Assembly (NCBI RefSeq): GCF_009914755.1
Contig: NC_060926.1
Direction: 5' to 3' (one strand)
Source of the DNA: the human T2T-CHM13v2.0 reference genome, Homo sapiens
DNA length: 64,000 bases
Shown piece by piece: positions 45,706 through 59,381 of this stretch (its first letter is position 1; each line of letters begins with the position of its first letter). The notes beneath the pieces are model-generated. The model was not told the origin of the DNA, searched no databases, and saw nothing but the letters and a program-made list of their open reading frames with translations. Both the position numbers and the translations under genes were made by a program.

Positions 45706-47068
45706 AAGAAAATTATCCCTTTGCTTATGATTTGAGTTGAAACTATGTTTTCTTTATTTAGCAGACCAATTTAGAGTGGTAAATAGCTAAAAACCAAACT
45801 ATACCAAGAAAACCACCCATAAGTGAAAAGATACATTTGTAATCTGTAACTTGAAGCAGTGAAAACAACAACAACAACAAAAAAAAAAAAATGAAGAGAG
45901 ATCCCAGTTAAATAGTCTAACATTAAACCTCTAGGAACTACAATAAGAAGAATAAACTAAACCCAAAATCAGATAAAGAAAATAAATGATAAAAATAAGG
46001 AGATAATTATGTCAAATAAAGAACAGAAAAACCATAGAAAGAATCAATAAAACTAATAGTTTTTAAAAAATTGACAAACTCTTAACTAGCCTAAGAAACA
46101 AGACATAGACTTAAGTAAATAAAATAAATGAAAGTAAAGACATTGCAATAGATGTCTCAGAAATAAAAAGAATCATTAGAAACTATTATGAACAATTGTA
46201 TGCCAACAAATTGAAAAATGTAGAGGAAAGAGAGAAATTCCTAGAAAAATACAACCTACCAAGATCAAGTTAAGAATAAATAGAAAGTCTAAATAGACCA
46301 ATAACAAATATTAATAAATAGACTGAACAACTAGTCAAAAACCTCCTAAGAAAAGACCAGAACCGATAGCTTTATAGCTTTACAGCTGAATTCCACCAAG
46401 CATTCAGAAAAATTAATATCAATGCATCTAAAACTATTTCAAGAAATAGAGATAGAAGGAATACTTCCAAACACATTTTATAAGTCTAATATTGCTTTGA
46501 TACCTAAGCCAAAAACGTCATAAGAAACAAACAAAATATAGGCCAATTTTTCTGATGAAAATTTATGTAGAAATCCCCAATAAAATATCAGCAAATCAAA
46601 TCCAACAACACGTCAGAAAAGATTATACATCACGGTCATGTGTGATTTATTTTTGGCATTAAAGACTGGTTTAACCATCCAAATCAATCAATGTGATTCA
46701 TCACATTAACAGAATGAAAGGTAAAAATCACATGATCATCTTAATTGACACAGAAAAAACATGTGACAAAGTTCAGCATTGTTTCTTGTTACAAACCGTC
46801 AGTAGTCAGGTATGGAAGAAAATTTCCTCAAAGTAATAAAGACCACTTGTGAAAAGTTCACAGGTATCATTTCCCATTAAAATCAATGGGAAAAAACTGA
46901 AAGCTTTTCCACTAAGATTCAGTACAAGGCAAGGATGCCCACTCTCACCACTTCTATTTAACATAGTACTGGAAGTACTAGCAAGAACACTCAGACAAGA
47001 AATGAAAGGCATCCAAATCAGAAAGGAAGAAGCATATGTCTATTTGCATATAGCATTGTGCCATATTT

Positions 47069-47071
<3 letters not shown>

Positions 47072-47106
<35 letters not shown>
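47072..47106. repeat. (CA)n microsatellite
   Basis: Directly visible, about 17 units. Confidence 0.97.
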
Positions 47107-47108
<2 letters not shown>

Positions 47109-50053
47109 TTCCACAAAAACTCTTAGAATTAATAAATGAATTCAGTAAAGTTGCAGAATACAAAATCAACATACAAAAATAAGTAGTGTTTCTATATACA
47201 AACAATAATCTAGCTGAAAATGAAATCAAGAAAGCAATCCCCTTTATGATAGCTATAAAAAATGCCTAGGAATAAATTTAACTAAGCAGGTGAAAGACCT
47301 CTACAAGAAAATCCACAAAACACTGATGAAAGAAACTGAAGAGGATACAAACAATTAGAAAGATATCCCATACTTTGAATGAGAAGACTTAATATTGTTA
47401 AAATGTCCATAATACCCAAAGCAATATACAGATCCAACACAATCCCCATAAAAATCCCAGTAGCATTCTTCACATAAGCAGAAAAATAATCCTAAAATAT
47501 ATATAGAACCATAAAAGACCCCAAACAGCCAAACCAATTCTGAGAAAGAACAAACTTAGAGACATCACACTTTCTGTTTTAAAATTATTTTACAAAGCTA
47601 TAGTAATGAAAACAGTATGATACTGACATAAATACAGATATACAGACCAGTGGAACAGAATAGACAGCCCAGAAATAAATGCAAGCATTTACAGTTAACT
47701 AATTTTTGAGAAGGGAGTCAAGAGGACACAAGGGGAAAGAACAGCATCTTCACTAAATGGTTCCAGGAAAATTGGATTTCCACATGCAAAGGAATGAAAT
47801 TGGGCCCTTAGCTTACATTAAAAAATCAAATAAAAATGGTTAAAAGACCTAAATATAAGACCAAAAACTAAAAAATCTCCTAGAAAGCAACATATTAAAA
47901 GCTCCTAGACGTTGGCCTTGGCAATGATTTTTTTGAATATCACATCAGAAGTTCAGGCCACAAAAGAAAAAATGAATAAGCAGGACTATATCGAACCAAA
48001 AACATTTTTCACAGCAAAGGAAACAATCAACAAAATGAAATGGTAGCTTACATAATATGATAAAAACATAGTCACAAATCACATAACTGATAAAGGGTTA
48101 ATATTCAGTATTTGTAAAGAACTCTTACCACTCAATAGTGGAAAAACAAGTAACCTCATTAAAAAAAAAATGGTCAGAAGGCCTCAATACACATTTCTCC
48201 CAAGAAGAGACAGAAAAAACAAATGCTGGCAAGAATGTGGAGAAAGGAGAACTCTTATACACTGTTGGTAGACATGTAAATTAGTATAGCTATTATGGAA
48301 AACAGTATACAATGTGTATAGCCAAAGGAAATGAAATCACTATGTCAAAAAGATATCTACACCCCCCATGTTTTTTATAGAATTATTCAGAATAGCCAAG
48401 ACATGAAATCCACCCATGTGTCCATCAATGGAAGAACAAATAAAGAAATTATGGGGCATATACACAATGAAATATTATTCAGCCATAAAAAGAAGAAAAT
48501 TCTGTCATTGTCAACAACATGGATAAACCTGTAGGATATTATGTGAAGTGAAATAAACTAGGCACATAAAGACAAATACTAAATTATCTCACTCATATGT
48601 GGAATCTAAAATCTTTATTTCATAAAAGTAGAGTAGAATGGTGGTTACCATGGATTGGGAGCAGGAGGAGGTTGGGGAGGTGTGGGCTAAAGAATACAAA
48701 ACTTTAGATAGAGAGGAGAAATAAGTTTAAGAGAGACATTGTGCAACATAGTGACTATAGTTAATAATATGTTGTGTTCTTGAAACATGCTAAAAGAGTA
48801 AACATTACCACTGTCACCACAAAAATGACAACCATGTGAGTTAATGCATATATTTATTAGGTAGATTTAGTTATTCAACAATGTATATATACTTTAAGCA
48901 ACATTTTGTGCACAGTAAATACACACAATTTTATGTCAATTTAAATAAATAAATAATAAAAAAGAGAGATAACTCTGAAAAAAAGAAATACCAGTTTATG
49001 GATTGTGAAAAAAATATCTGCAAGCCATTTATATGATAAGAGGTTAATACCCAAAATTTATAAAGAACTCAGACTACTCAATAGTGGAAAAACAAATAAC
49101 CTGATTCAAAAATAGCCAAAAGACTTGGATAGAAATTTTTCCAAAGAAGATATAAAAATGGCCATCTGGTATATGAAAAGGTGTTGAACATCCTTAATCA
49201 TCAGAGAAAGGAAAATCAATACCATTATGAAAGACCATCCTTACCACAACACACCTGTTGTAATGACTATTACCAAAAAGTCAAAAGATAACAAGTGTTG
49301 GTGAAGGTATGAAGAAAAGGGAACTCTTATACACTGTAGGTGGGAATGTAGATTGGTATAGCCATTTTGAAAATAGTATGGCCGTTTCTAAAAAATCAAA
49401 AATAGAACTACCATATAACCCAGCAGTCCCTCTTCTAGGAATATACACAAAGGAAATAAAATCACCATCTTGTAAAGATACCTGCACTCCTATTTCTTTG
49501 CAGCATTATTCACAATAGCCAAGATATGAAAACAACCTAAATGTTTGTTGTTGGATAAATGGATAAATTGTGATACATATATACAATAGAATATTACTCA
49601 GCTGTGAAAAAGAATGAGATATTGCCATTTGCCACAATGTGGAAAAGCCAGGAGAACATATGCTAAATGAGATAAATCAGATGCTGAAATGAAGATATTG
49701 CATGATATCAGTTATTTCATATATACAGATGGAGAGCAAAACAGTGGTTACCAGGAGTGGGGGTGGGGAGGAAGTGGGAGGTACAGTTCACAGCATTCAA
49801 AGCAGCAGATATGTAGGAATAACAAGTTTAGGATCTGATGTACAACATGAGGACTACAGGTAATATAATTGTACTGTATATAAGATTTACGCTAAATGAT
49901 TAGATTTTAGCTGCTCTTGCCTTCAAAACAAAAATATCTGTAACTATATGTGATGACAATTGTGTTAATTTTCTTCATTATTGTAACTTTTTGCTGTCTG
50001 TATGTATCCCATAATATGCTGTATATCTTGAATACACACAATACAATTTATTT

Positions 50054-50365
50054 ATTTATTTATTTATTTATTTTATTTTATTTTTTGAGACGGAGTCTCA
50101 CTCTGTCACCCAGGCTGGAGTGCAGTGGTGCCATCTCGGCTCACTGCAAGCTCCGTCCCGGATTCACACCATTCTTCTGCCTCAGCCTCCCAAGTAGCTG
50201 GGACTACAGGCACCCGCCACCACGCCCGGCTAATTTTTTGTATTTTTAGTAGAGACGGGGTTTCACCGTGTTAGCCAGGATGGTCTCGATCTCCTGACCT
50301 TGTGATCCGCCCGCCTCGGCCTCCCAAAGTGCTGGGATGACAGGCGTGAGCCACTGCGTCCGGCC
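50054..50365 (-). mobile_element. AluY element with (TAAA)n tail
   Basis: 'ttcaccgtgttagccaggatggtctcgatctcc'; TSD AATACAATTTATTT on both sides. Confidence 0.95.
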
Positions 50366-50439
50366 AATACAATTTATTTAAAATTAAATAAGAATTATTT
50401 CTTAAAAAAAAAGAACCCCTATAAATAAATAAAATGAAA

Positions 50440-51235
50440 GACAAATTTAATGAAGCGGGGGAAAAGTACAGAGAGTTTATGAGAAAAGATTTCCACATAG
50501 CTTGTAAATATGTAAAAAACTGCTTAACATAATTAGACGTCAGGGAAATGTAAATTAAAAAGCATGAAATTTTAAAAGTGGCAATTCTAGGTGGCGAAAA
50601 GGATGTGGGCAATTAAATTAAATAAGAGTGTAAACCGGTAAAATAACTTTGGAAAACTGATAGCGTCTGAACATATGCATTGTCTATGACCCAAGACATT
50701 CTCTCCTAGGAATATAACGAGCCACCAAAAAAAGGTACAAGAATGTTCACAGCATTGTTCATAATGTATAAACCAAGACATAATCTAAACACTCACCGAT
50801 AGTAGAAAGCATAACTGAATTGTGGCATAATAATACAATGGACACAATTAGCGTAGAAAATGAACCGACATATTACTTGCAACAACATGACTGAATCTCA
50901 CAATCAGAAACCTGCATGAAAGACCTGATCCCCAATTAATCTAAACTGTATTGTATGATTATGAGTCCGTTTCTGAAAAATTCAGAAAGAAGCAAATATA
51001 AGTATTGCTTTTAGAAGTCAGAATACTGGTTGTCTGTGGGGTGGAAGAGTGGATAGTGACAGGAGTGGGTGCAAAAAGGAATTTCTGAGATGCTGGTGAT
51101 GTTTTATTTCTTGACTCTCATGGTGGTTATATGATTATGTTTTTTTGGTGACAATTCACCAACCTGTACACTGTGGTTTTATGTTCTTTTCCATAAGCAG
51201 GCTTCATTTCAATAAAAATGTTTATTTATAAAATT
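50440..51235 (+). mobile_element. Ancient L1ME-type 3' fragment
   Basis: 'agaagtcagaatactggttg', 'ttctgagatgctggtgatgttttatttcttgact...ggtggttata', 'acttcatttc'-like end with 'aataaaaa'. Confidence 0.65.
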
Positions 51236-51367
51236 GAAGATAAAACACCAAATTCCATGCCATGGAATATAGTCCTTCTTGTTCCAGGGTTTATGACTTC
51301 ATACCACCCATGTGCTCTTAATCTCTGCATGTAAGACATTAATACGGTCTTAAAATATTTAAACAGC

Positions 51368-51792
51368 TTCCAGGCACAGAGAAACAAATACTGTATGATT
51401 TTATTTATATGTGGAATCTAAAAAAGTTGCTCATACAAGTAGAGAGTAGAATGGTGGTTACCAGAGACTGAGGTCTTAGGGGAGGTGGACTGGGAAAGGG
51501 GAGACATTGGTTAGTGGGCACAAAGTTACAGTTAGATAGGAGAAATAAGTTCTGGTATTCTATTGCACAGCAAGGTGAGTATAGTTAATAATAACGTATT
51601 GTATATTTCAAAATAACTAAAAGAGAGGATTTTAAATGTTCTCACCGCAAAGAAAGGATAAATATTTAAGGTGATGGATATGCTAATTACCTTGATTTGA
51701 TTATTTCACAATGTTTACATGCATCAAAACATTACACTCTACCCCATAAACATGTGCAATTAATTGTCAATTAAAAAGAAAACAAAAGTTGA
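51368..51792 (+). mobile_element. 5'-truncated L1MA 3' end
   Basis: 'gtagagagtagaatggtggttaccagag', 'gttagataggagaaataagttctgg'; TSD AAAATATTTAAA on both sides. Confidence 0.88.
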
Positions 51793-52904
51793 AAAATATT
51801 TAAAGGGCTGTTTTAACAGACTCTTACTTTTTAGTAGGAAAAAATAAAGTTGTTCATTTTGAAATTTTGGCTTGCATTCCAAGGAATTATATAATTTCCT
51901 GTCTGATAGAGGAAGGTTCCTTGTTTCAATAATAAATGACCTCTCTATGTCCTCTACAGTATTAGAAAAACATCCTTCTGTAAAATTCTTTTTAGGTTTT
52001 CAGTTTCTTTTCAGGGTTATTGATGTTCCCTCCAAAGTCAGGAAAAGGAGCAATTTCTGTCCTTGGATTCATATTTGATTGTAAGCTCAAGATCATAGCC
52101 CTCAGAGTTGCTAGCTTAGCCTTTCAGTTTATGTTTCTGCCTACTGGTGTACTTCATTCTCCTTAATCCATTAATACAGCTTGACTATTTTTTAACCTTA
52201 AGATAAGGGTGTTCTTTTTTTTCCTGTCTACAAAGCAAATAAGAAAGTATAGAATTTTAAGTAAAGTTGCAATTTGATAGATGTGACTGATTTTTCATGG
52301 TAAAGCAACTAAAGAGGCGAGTTTACTAATTTATTATAATTAAAACATTTTATTTAGGTAGCCACACAACAAATTGCATTCCTGCATTAATGTGTTGTCA
52401 CTTGAATCTAAGTTCAGATTTTGAATTCTAACAAGAATATTTTAAATTATTTTTGAAACAAACTGATCCATTTTTTTTAAAAAATGACCTTAATAAAAAC
52501 TAAATGATCTGAAAATCACCAGTCTTATCTCGTATTTTGAAACTCAAATGAGAAGTGGAAGCTGTGTTTATGATTAGGGGATATGGAAAGATGACTATGA
52601 GAAATGTCTCATAGATTTGGAGCATCAGAATATATATGGCTATTTTCAGCAAAAAAAAAAGAAAAAAGTGAATTATGGAAGTCTCTTGGGTGTAAACTGT
52701 ATAAAGGTATCTTTTATTCAGCATTCCCAGGGATTAGATAGTACACAAATTGATAAGCCAAGCACTACTCATTATATAATGGTTTGCACTAGTTTTGCTT
52801 TTTTGAAAAATTTCTTTACAGCCATAAAGTCATTTCTCAAATATCTATCTTCTCCTCCTTTCAAATTAAAAATAAGTCTGGATGATTCCTGTAAAATGAA
52901 AAAA

Positions 52905-53155
52905 AGAGGCAGTGTTGAGTAATGGCAAAAAGAATAACCTTGGAATCTGGTTCTTGGCTTCTAGACCTGGCATTACCCCCTCAGCATTTCTTTGGGCACA
53001 TCAGTCTTTCTGAGTCTCAGTTTCCTCATTTGTAAAATGTGGATAACAACTCTTGTTCCACTTACCTCACTGGTTGTTTTGAACAAGTGTGGTAAATCAG
53101 AAAGCTCTGTAAAAACCTATTACATAAATGTCAGGTGTTACTAATACTACTACTA
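52905..53155 (+). mobile_element. MIR SINE
   Basis: MIR core 'tctgagtctcagtttcctcatttgtaaaatg...ataac...tacctcac'. Confidence 0.8.
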
Positions 53156-53857
53156 TTTTAAAAAGAATTATTGGGACTAAATTTCTAAGATGGTACATCT
53201 CTGTTTGACTCAGTTGCTTGACTTACACTGAATTCATTTTCTATTGAACTTGGAAATGTCTAGAAGCTATCCAATTTTGTAACCTGCAGGGAATATTTAA
53301 AGCTTTAGAAACTAAAGAAAGCATCTGCCTTATGTTGTGTAAATGATGTGCAAATGCTACCAAATTATTTGTTTTAGATAGGCATAAAATTTAAGAGAAA
53401 CAAACAAACAAGAAGGCAGAGGAAGCATTTCCTACAGTTGAAATTGCTTATAATCTCTATGTATTTAAATGTACTAGATTAGAGCAGAGGGGCTAGCCCT
53501 GGCAAATGTGCTACCAAGAGGCCACTCAAGGCCATTTGCGGAAAGACATTGGCTTTAGTACAGTTACCCTTAAGTAACTTCTAGTTCTTTTTCCCTATGA
53601 CCGTACAATTTGGCTCCCATTGCTAGTGGGCACCACTCTTCCAGGCTCTCCCTGTTCCAGACTGTAGTGGTGTTCCCCACCCCTCTTCATTTGCCTATAA
53701 CTGCCAAAGCTTTGAGGTTTCCAAAAGGCAAACACAGCCTGATCCTTCCCCCAGTGGCTGCTTCTGAATGTGTCAAACCATTTTTTCCATCTATTGGACT
53801 TGGAGACACAAGGAAAAAGAAAAGTTATGGGAAGGCTCCTGAATGTTTAAAGTGGGC

Positions 53858-53886
53858 TGACTCATCTGACCCAGGTCACACTGACC
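53858..53886. promoter_or_regulatory. AP-1 site plus perfect palindromic oestrogen-response element
   Basis: TGACTCA at 53858-53864; GGTCA-CAC-TGACC at 53874-53886; extra TGACC half-site at 53867-53871. The motifs are exact but function is untested. Confidence 0.5.
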
Positions 53887-54869
53887 ATTTGGACTCCTCA
53901 GAGCGTTTTCTGTGTACCTTGAGAGCTCCCTGACCAGTTGCCAGCGTCATTATCAAAGAAGCTGCCGTCCATAGTTCCCTACAAGTTGGTCTAGTCCACA
54001 ATCACAGGTCAGAAATAATCTGCCATCTGAATGATGGTAGAACCATCCTGAATCACATGCGGCTTCATGTGGCAGGACAATTGTTTGGCTCAGTTGTTCT
54101 ACTTGAGGGTTTCCTATACCAGTCAGAAGGATTATATTGCAAAATGGAACACACTGGCCTCTTTAAAAAATTATTTACATATCATGCATTTGTTATTATG
54201 GTAGATTTCACATAATTCTAAATTATATGTCCAGTGCTAATATCAGGTGATTCCTGTATTCAGAGAATTGTGGTGAAAATTGCCTGTGGAGTATTGGCAA
54301 TAAAGACAAAGGAGGTATGCAGAATGATTGCCCAGAATATCACTAGTAACATATTGGGCATGATTTTCCCTTGCCTTATCAGGAGGGTGTGATAATATAC
54401 TGAGCCAACAGAGAAATAGCTTAACAGTACAACAGCCAGGGATCTCTGAGGGATGCTTCCGGTTCCCCACATTGGTCTTAGCAGCAGCCTTTCTACATTA
54501 AAATCGATTTCCATTAGTTCACTGGTGGAAAAACACAAAAATCTGTCAGGTTGCTCATTTTAATCAGCACATAGTCTTATTTGACTACTGGATATTTTGT
54601 GTGATATCCATATTTTAATTTTAGAATGCCTCAAAATATTTTCAATATTTTTCTTGTTCCAATTTTAACATTTTTCTGGTTATTTCATACTATATTCCTT
54701 TGTATACATTTGTGCTACTACATGTGGGTTTCCAAATTGTACTTTTTCTAAATAGCATTTTGGCCTTCAACATTTTTATTTAAATGAGATGATCGAAGAA
54801 AAATAACTTCCCCTACTACCAAAGTCAGTGCCTGAGCCAAACACATTCCAGCTTCCCGCTCTCATTCTC

Positions 54870-55210
54870 CTTGTCTTACTGATTTTTATTCATCTTTCAG
54901 ACCTTAAGTGAAATAAATGTTCCTTCCTTAGGGGAATCTCCGCTAAATCCTAGAACTAGTTTAGATCCTCCAGTAATACATTCACATAGTTCCTAGCACC
55001 TTAGGTTCACATCACTTTATACCATTCTTATTACATACCAATTTGTATAACTGTTTTTTAGGTCTAATGGCTTCCCTTCTGGACTATAAGCTCCAGGAGA
55101 GCAGACACTGTGCTTGTCTTGAACTCTCCTGAATTTTCTTTTTCTAATAGATTAGCTGGCACCTTAGTAGTAGCTCAAAAATATTTTGTGTAAGTGAAGA
55201 ATGAATAAAT
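54870..55210 (+). mobile_element. LINE-2 3' fragment
   Basis: 'ggactataagctccaggagagcagacactgtgcttgtcttg...tggcaccttagtagtagctcaaaaatattttgtgtaagtgaagaatgaataaat'. Confidence 0.75.
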
Positions 55211-57544
55211 CAACATCTCTCTGGCACACAATTCCTCGTAAACCTAACACCTGTAATAGTGATGAAACCTGGAGCAAATTCAGGAAATCTGTGTCCACTA
55301 GTTGACCAGGTGTAAAAGATAAACTCTCTGATTCTTGCTTCAGTTGACAAAGTTTTCACGGTGCATTAATTCTCCCAATCTTCAAGCTATTACAGAATCA
55401 GAGGCTTTGCAGACGGGGGTCTGTATTTTGTCCCTTTGATGGACCACCTGCCAGGTGTAAGTCAAATAGCTTTAGAATCTAGCCCTAAGACATGGGTGGT
55501 ATTCTCTGTGCTCATTCAGTTCAACCATTATAAGGTGAGGTAACTTCACTATTTTCTTCCAACAGATGCAAAGACAGAGATCGAGAAATACCGTGCCCAT
55601 TGCTCTTACAGGCTGGCAATAAATGGCTGCAAATATAAAGAATGAAACATTTTTTTAAATTCTCATTTTACCGTTTCTAGAGAGATTACCAACACCTGTG
55701 CTTCTTTTAGGTCCCACTGTGCCTATTAAGAATTTTACATTATTTCTGATTACTCAACTCTACTAAGGCAATCAACTGAGTCCACTTGCTTGCCAAACAG
55801 GAAATGACTGAAAAAAAGGCAAATACAAGGACAGCAAATCCTTTGAGCCATCTTATTAGGCACTGAAGAGCCATTTTGATGGCAATCTTCCTTTCCTTTA
55901 CTGGAAGCAGACTAAACCAAACTCTCACTTGATTTCCCAATTTAGAAGCTACTGCTTATTGTACACCTACAAAGTAGTATTCGTACACACACTTTCTGAA
56001 AAGACATGAAAGAAGAGGCTTAAAGACCCCAGTGGTTATCATGCAATCTTTCAATTCTAGATAAAGTTAAAACCTTGACCTTTAGTTTTTCCCAACAAAT
56101 TAGACAGTGTGAGGTAGGTTTTTGTATTCCAACTGTCATTTGTTTTAAATATATATTTTGGAACATGAACATTGAACACAATAGGGACACAGTATTTATA
56201 CCTGATTTTTAAAAGTGGGGCTTGGATGTTGATTTGAAATGTTTGGTAAGCTTTTGTTTCCCTTCACCATAGTGCTTGTGCTATCAAAGCGAACATGTGG
56301 CAGAACTTTAAGGACTGATGCCAAACATATGGTATCCACAACCAGTCAGCATAACCTTTGGAATGCTAATTGCAGAGAAGAGCCAAATGAAAATGCTTAA
56401 TAGCACACATATGGCCGGTTGAGGATTTCCTCACAGAATGACTGACTACTCTAAGGCATGTAAATATCTCTGTCAAGTAGAACAGACAACTTTTAATGTT
56501 GCAAGAAATATCAGGATTAAACATAGTCTTTTACAAGTTTTATGTATTTTTAAAATATGCAATTAGAATATAATTTTCATATCTTTATTAAACCTATAAA
56601 ATGCCTTTCCCCAAACTATATGCCTTCTAAAAGGGCCTGCCATTTTCCTATTAATTTTTAGCCTGAAACTATCAGAATTATAGATGCAATAATTTTTGCT
56701 GAACTAAATATATAAAAATTCCATGAAAACAACTGCCACAGCAATGTAAATTTAATATCTAGATAAAGCATTTATTTTAAGCCCTAATTGTGGATCAAAA
56801 CTTTTCAGCTCAAAGGATGGGCAGTGATCACTTAATTTAAATGCACCACTTGATATAGAGGAAATTATGATTCATAGAAGTTACATGACTTGTCCAATGC
56901 ACACGGTGTGGCAGTAGCTAAGCCCAATTTGAACCTGTGATTTCATTAATATATCCCAATATTATTTTCATTAACTTACTCCATCATATAAAATATATTA
57001 TCCTCTAATAAGAATGTTAAGGGACCATTAAAACTCTGTTGAAATTGTTATTTGCTGAGGAACAAAATGAATATAACTTTTGCCTTTTTTGAGGGTTTTT
57101 AGGGGGACCTATTTCTAGTTCCTTCTCTCTTTAGACCCCATCTTGCCCCTTTTTATGTGAAGTTGTTCTTCCATGTAACATGCTACCTCAACATAGAAAG
57201 GAAATCGATTGAATCAGCACTAACCTCAGACTTTCCTCTCCCACCAACTCTCTCAGATCATTGTTTCTAATCTCATCACAAAGCTACAGCCTAAGTGGAC
57301 TAAGATTGGCTGTACAGACTTATGACCAAATTTAAAAATTAAAATTTGTTACTCTGCCAACTATCTCATTTATGTGGTACATCCATAAAAGCTCATTGAA
57401 AAAGAATGTATTTACAAATTTCTAATTGTCTCATTTAGATGCATATTTCTAAAATACTGATCAACATAGAACATAGTAATATTTTATTTTGATTTTGTTT
57501 TATTTGTTTTTGCTAAGAATACTGAGTTCATAAACTTCTGGTAA

Positions 57545-58145
57545 CAGTTCCCTATTGCTGCATAACACACCACTCTGAACTCTTTATACTAAAACAATGA
57601 TCATTCATCTGCTTATGATAATGGGAACAGGTCAAGTTTCATTGGGTATGGTTTTTCTGTGGTCCATGTCGTGTTACTCTTGGCAGTTGGTGTTGGGGTG
57701 GGAGAGGTGGGATCTATTTGGGGCTAAACATTCTAAGATGGCTTTACTCATGTGCCTGGCACCTCAGCGGAAGTGGTAGAATCACTGAGGCCTCATTGAG
57801 ATGGCTGGGCCTTCCTATTCTAGTGATGGGTTCTGAGTATGGGCTCACCTATATATCTGTGTGGGATCTTGATTTTCCTCCAGGTGGCCCCACTGTTTCC
57901 ATGTGAATAGTCTAGACTTCTTTTCATGGTAGTTAACTTCCAGGTGAGTGAAAGCAGGCACTGCTAGGTATACTAAGTTCTAGGCTTGGGACTGACAAGG
58001 GTTATTTCCTCTGTATTGATCAAAGCAAGTCATAAGACCATCCAGATTTGAAGATGGCATACAGACTTTACATTTTGAAGGAAGATGGGCAATATACATT
58101 TAGGTGTGGGAATAATTGTTGGTGACTAATTTGTAGACAATCACT
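57545..58145 (-). mobile_element. Old MLT1 MaLR solo LTR
   Basis: 'tattgctgcataacacaccactc', 'aagatggctttactcatgtgcctggca', 'caaagcaagtcataagaccatccagatt'. Confidence 0.7.
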
Positions 58146-59381
58146 TGTGTGAATTTATATTTAGGTTAGACAAATAAAAGTATGGTTCTATCTTGAACTA
58201 CCAATCATCTTTCTCTACACCATTGATGAAACCCTCAATCAAGAACAATAAAGACTTGATTGTATTGTTCTAAGTCTTTCTTTTTTAGTCATATATTATG
58301 TGTTACCTTCTGCTCTACTTCTGCAGTTCATGTTGGTTCGGACAGCTACTTATGAAATCCTTAGATTAAGGCTAACATATTAACTATCTCCATAGGCAAA
58401 ATTGCTCAAAACTTAGGCTTTAATACACAAAATATATTTTCTTTCTAACCACAGTTCAAACACTTACAATTTATTGCTCTAATATTTCTCTGCCTAACAT
58501 CTCCCACACAAGACCATTAAATACAATAAATCTAGAAGACATTGCCTTCTTTCAGTGCAAACCAGGTCTATCACTTCTGTGAAAAGATGATAAATCTTGA
58601 CTGCAAAATGTCTTTAAAGTTATGGCTCCCTCCTGCCAAATGACTGTAAAGTATAAGGTTTCATATACCTGTCTGACTTTAATTTGAGGGAAAAATACAA
58701 AGAGATAGATGTTAATTTTAATCTCAAAAGCCACATCTTATTTTCAAATTTTATTTACTCTATCTTTCCTGATCTCTCATATCAGCCTTCCTCTACTTTC
58801 TCTTTATACCGTTCACACACTTCCCAAGTTGTAAGTATCTTTCCTTGCTGAAAGTTTACTTACCTGAGTGAATCTCTTTATATAACAAGTAAGTTTAATA
58901 ATATAGCAATAAATATAATTTGTACACCAAGTAAAGCCTTAACTATTCTTACTAACTGAAGGATCAATATGTTTTTCCTGAAGAAACAGAAGGAGAAGGA
59001 CATTTCAGGTTTAGGGAACAATGTGAACAAAATATGAGGCAGGAAAATGTAGGAAATGTCCAGGAAATGGTGAGTGATCCTTTATGACTAAAGCAGGTTT
59101 ATGTACAACTTAAAGATCAGTTCTAATTTACAATATGTTTGTTAAGACTGAGTAGTGTTTTAAAATATTTGAAATCTTTGTTAATATTTAATATCTGGGA
59201 AATTTCACATCACCTTTCAGATTCTTGATTTGTCTTGAAAAACTAAGATGGAAACCATGAGCTCTTTTTTTCTGCGTAGCAATATAAATTAATTGGACTA
59301 GGCTAAATTCTATAATAAGCAGCTTCAAATTTTCAGTGGCTTGACACTATATATATATGAATACAGATATATATATAAATC

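Noticed and set aside
53610-53933. 107-aa ORF in unique DNA
   Set aside because: TTG start, no recognisable domain or splice context; the region looks regulatory instead.
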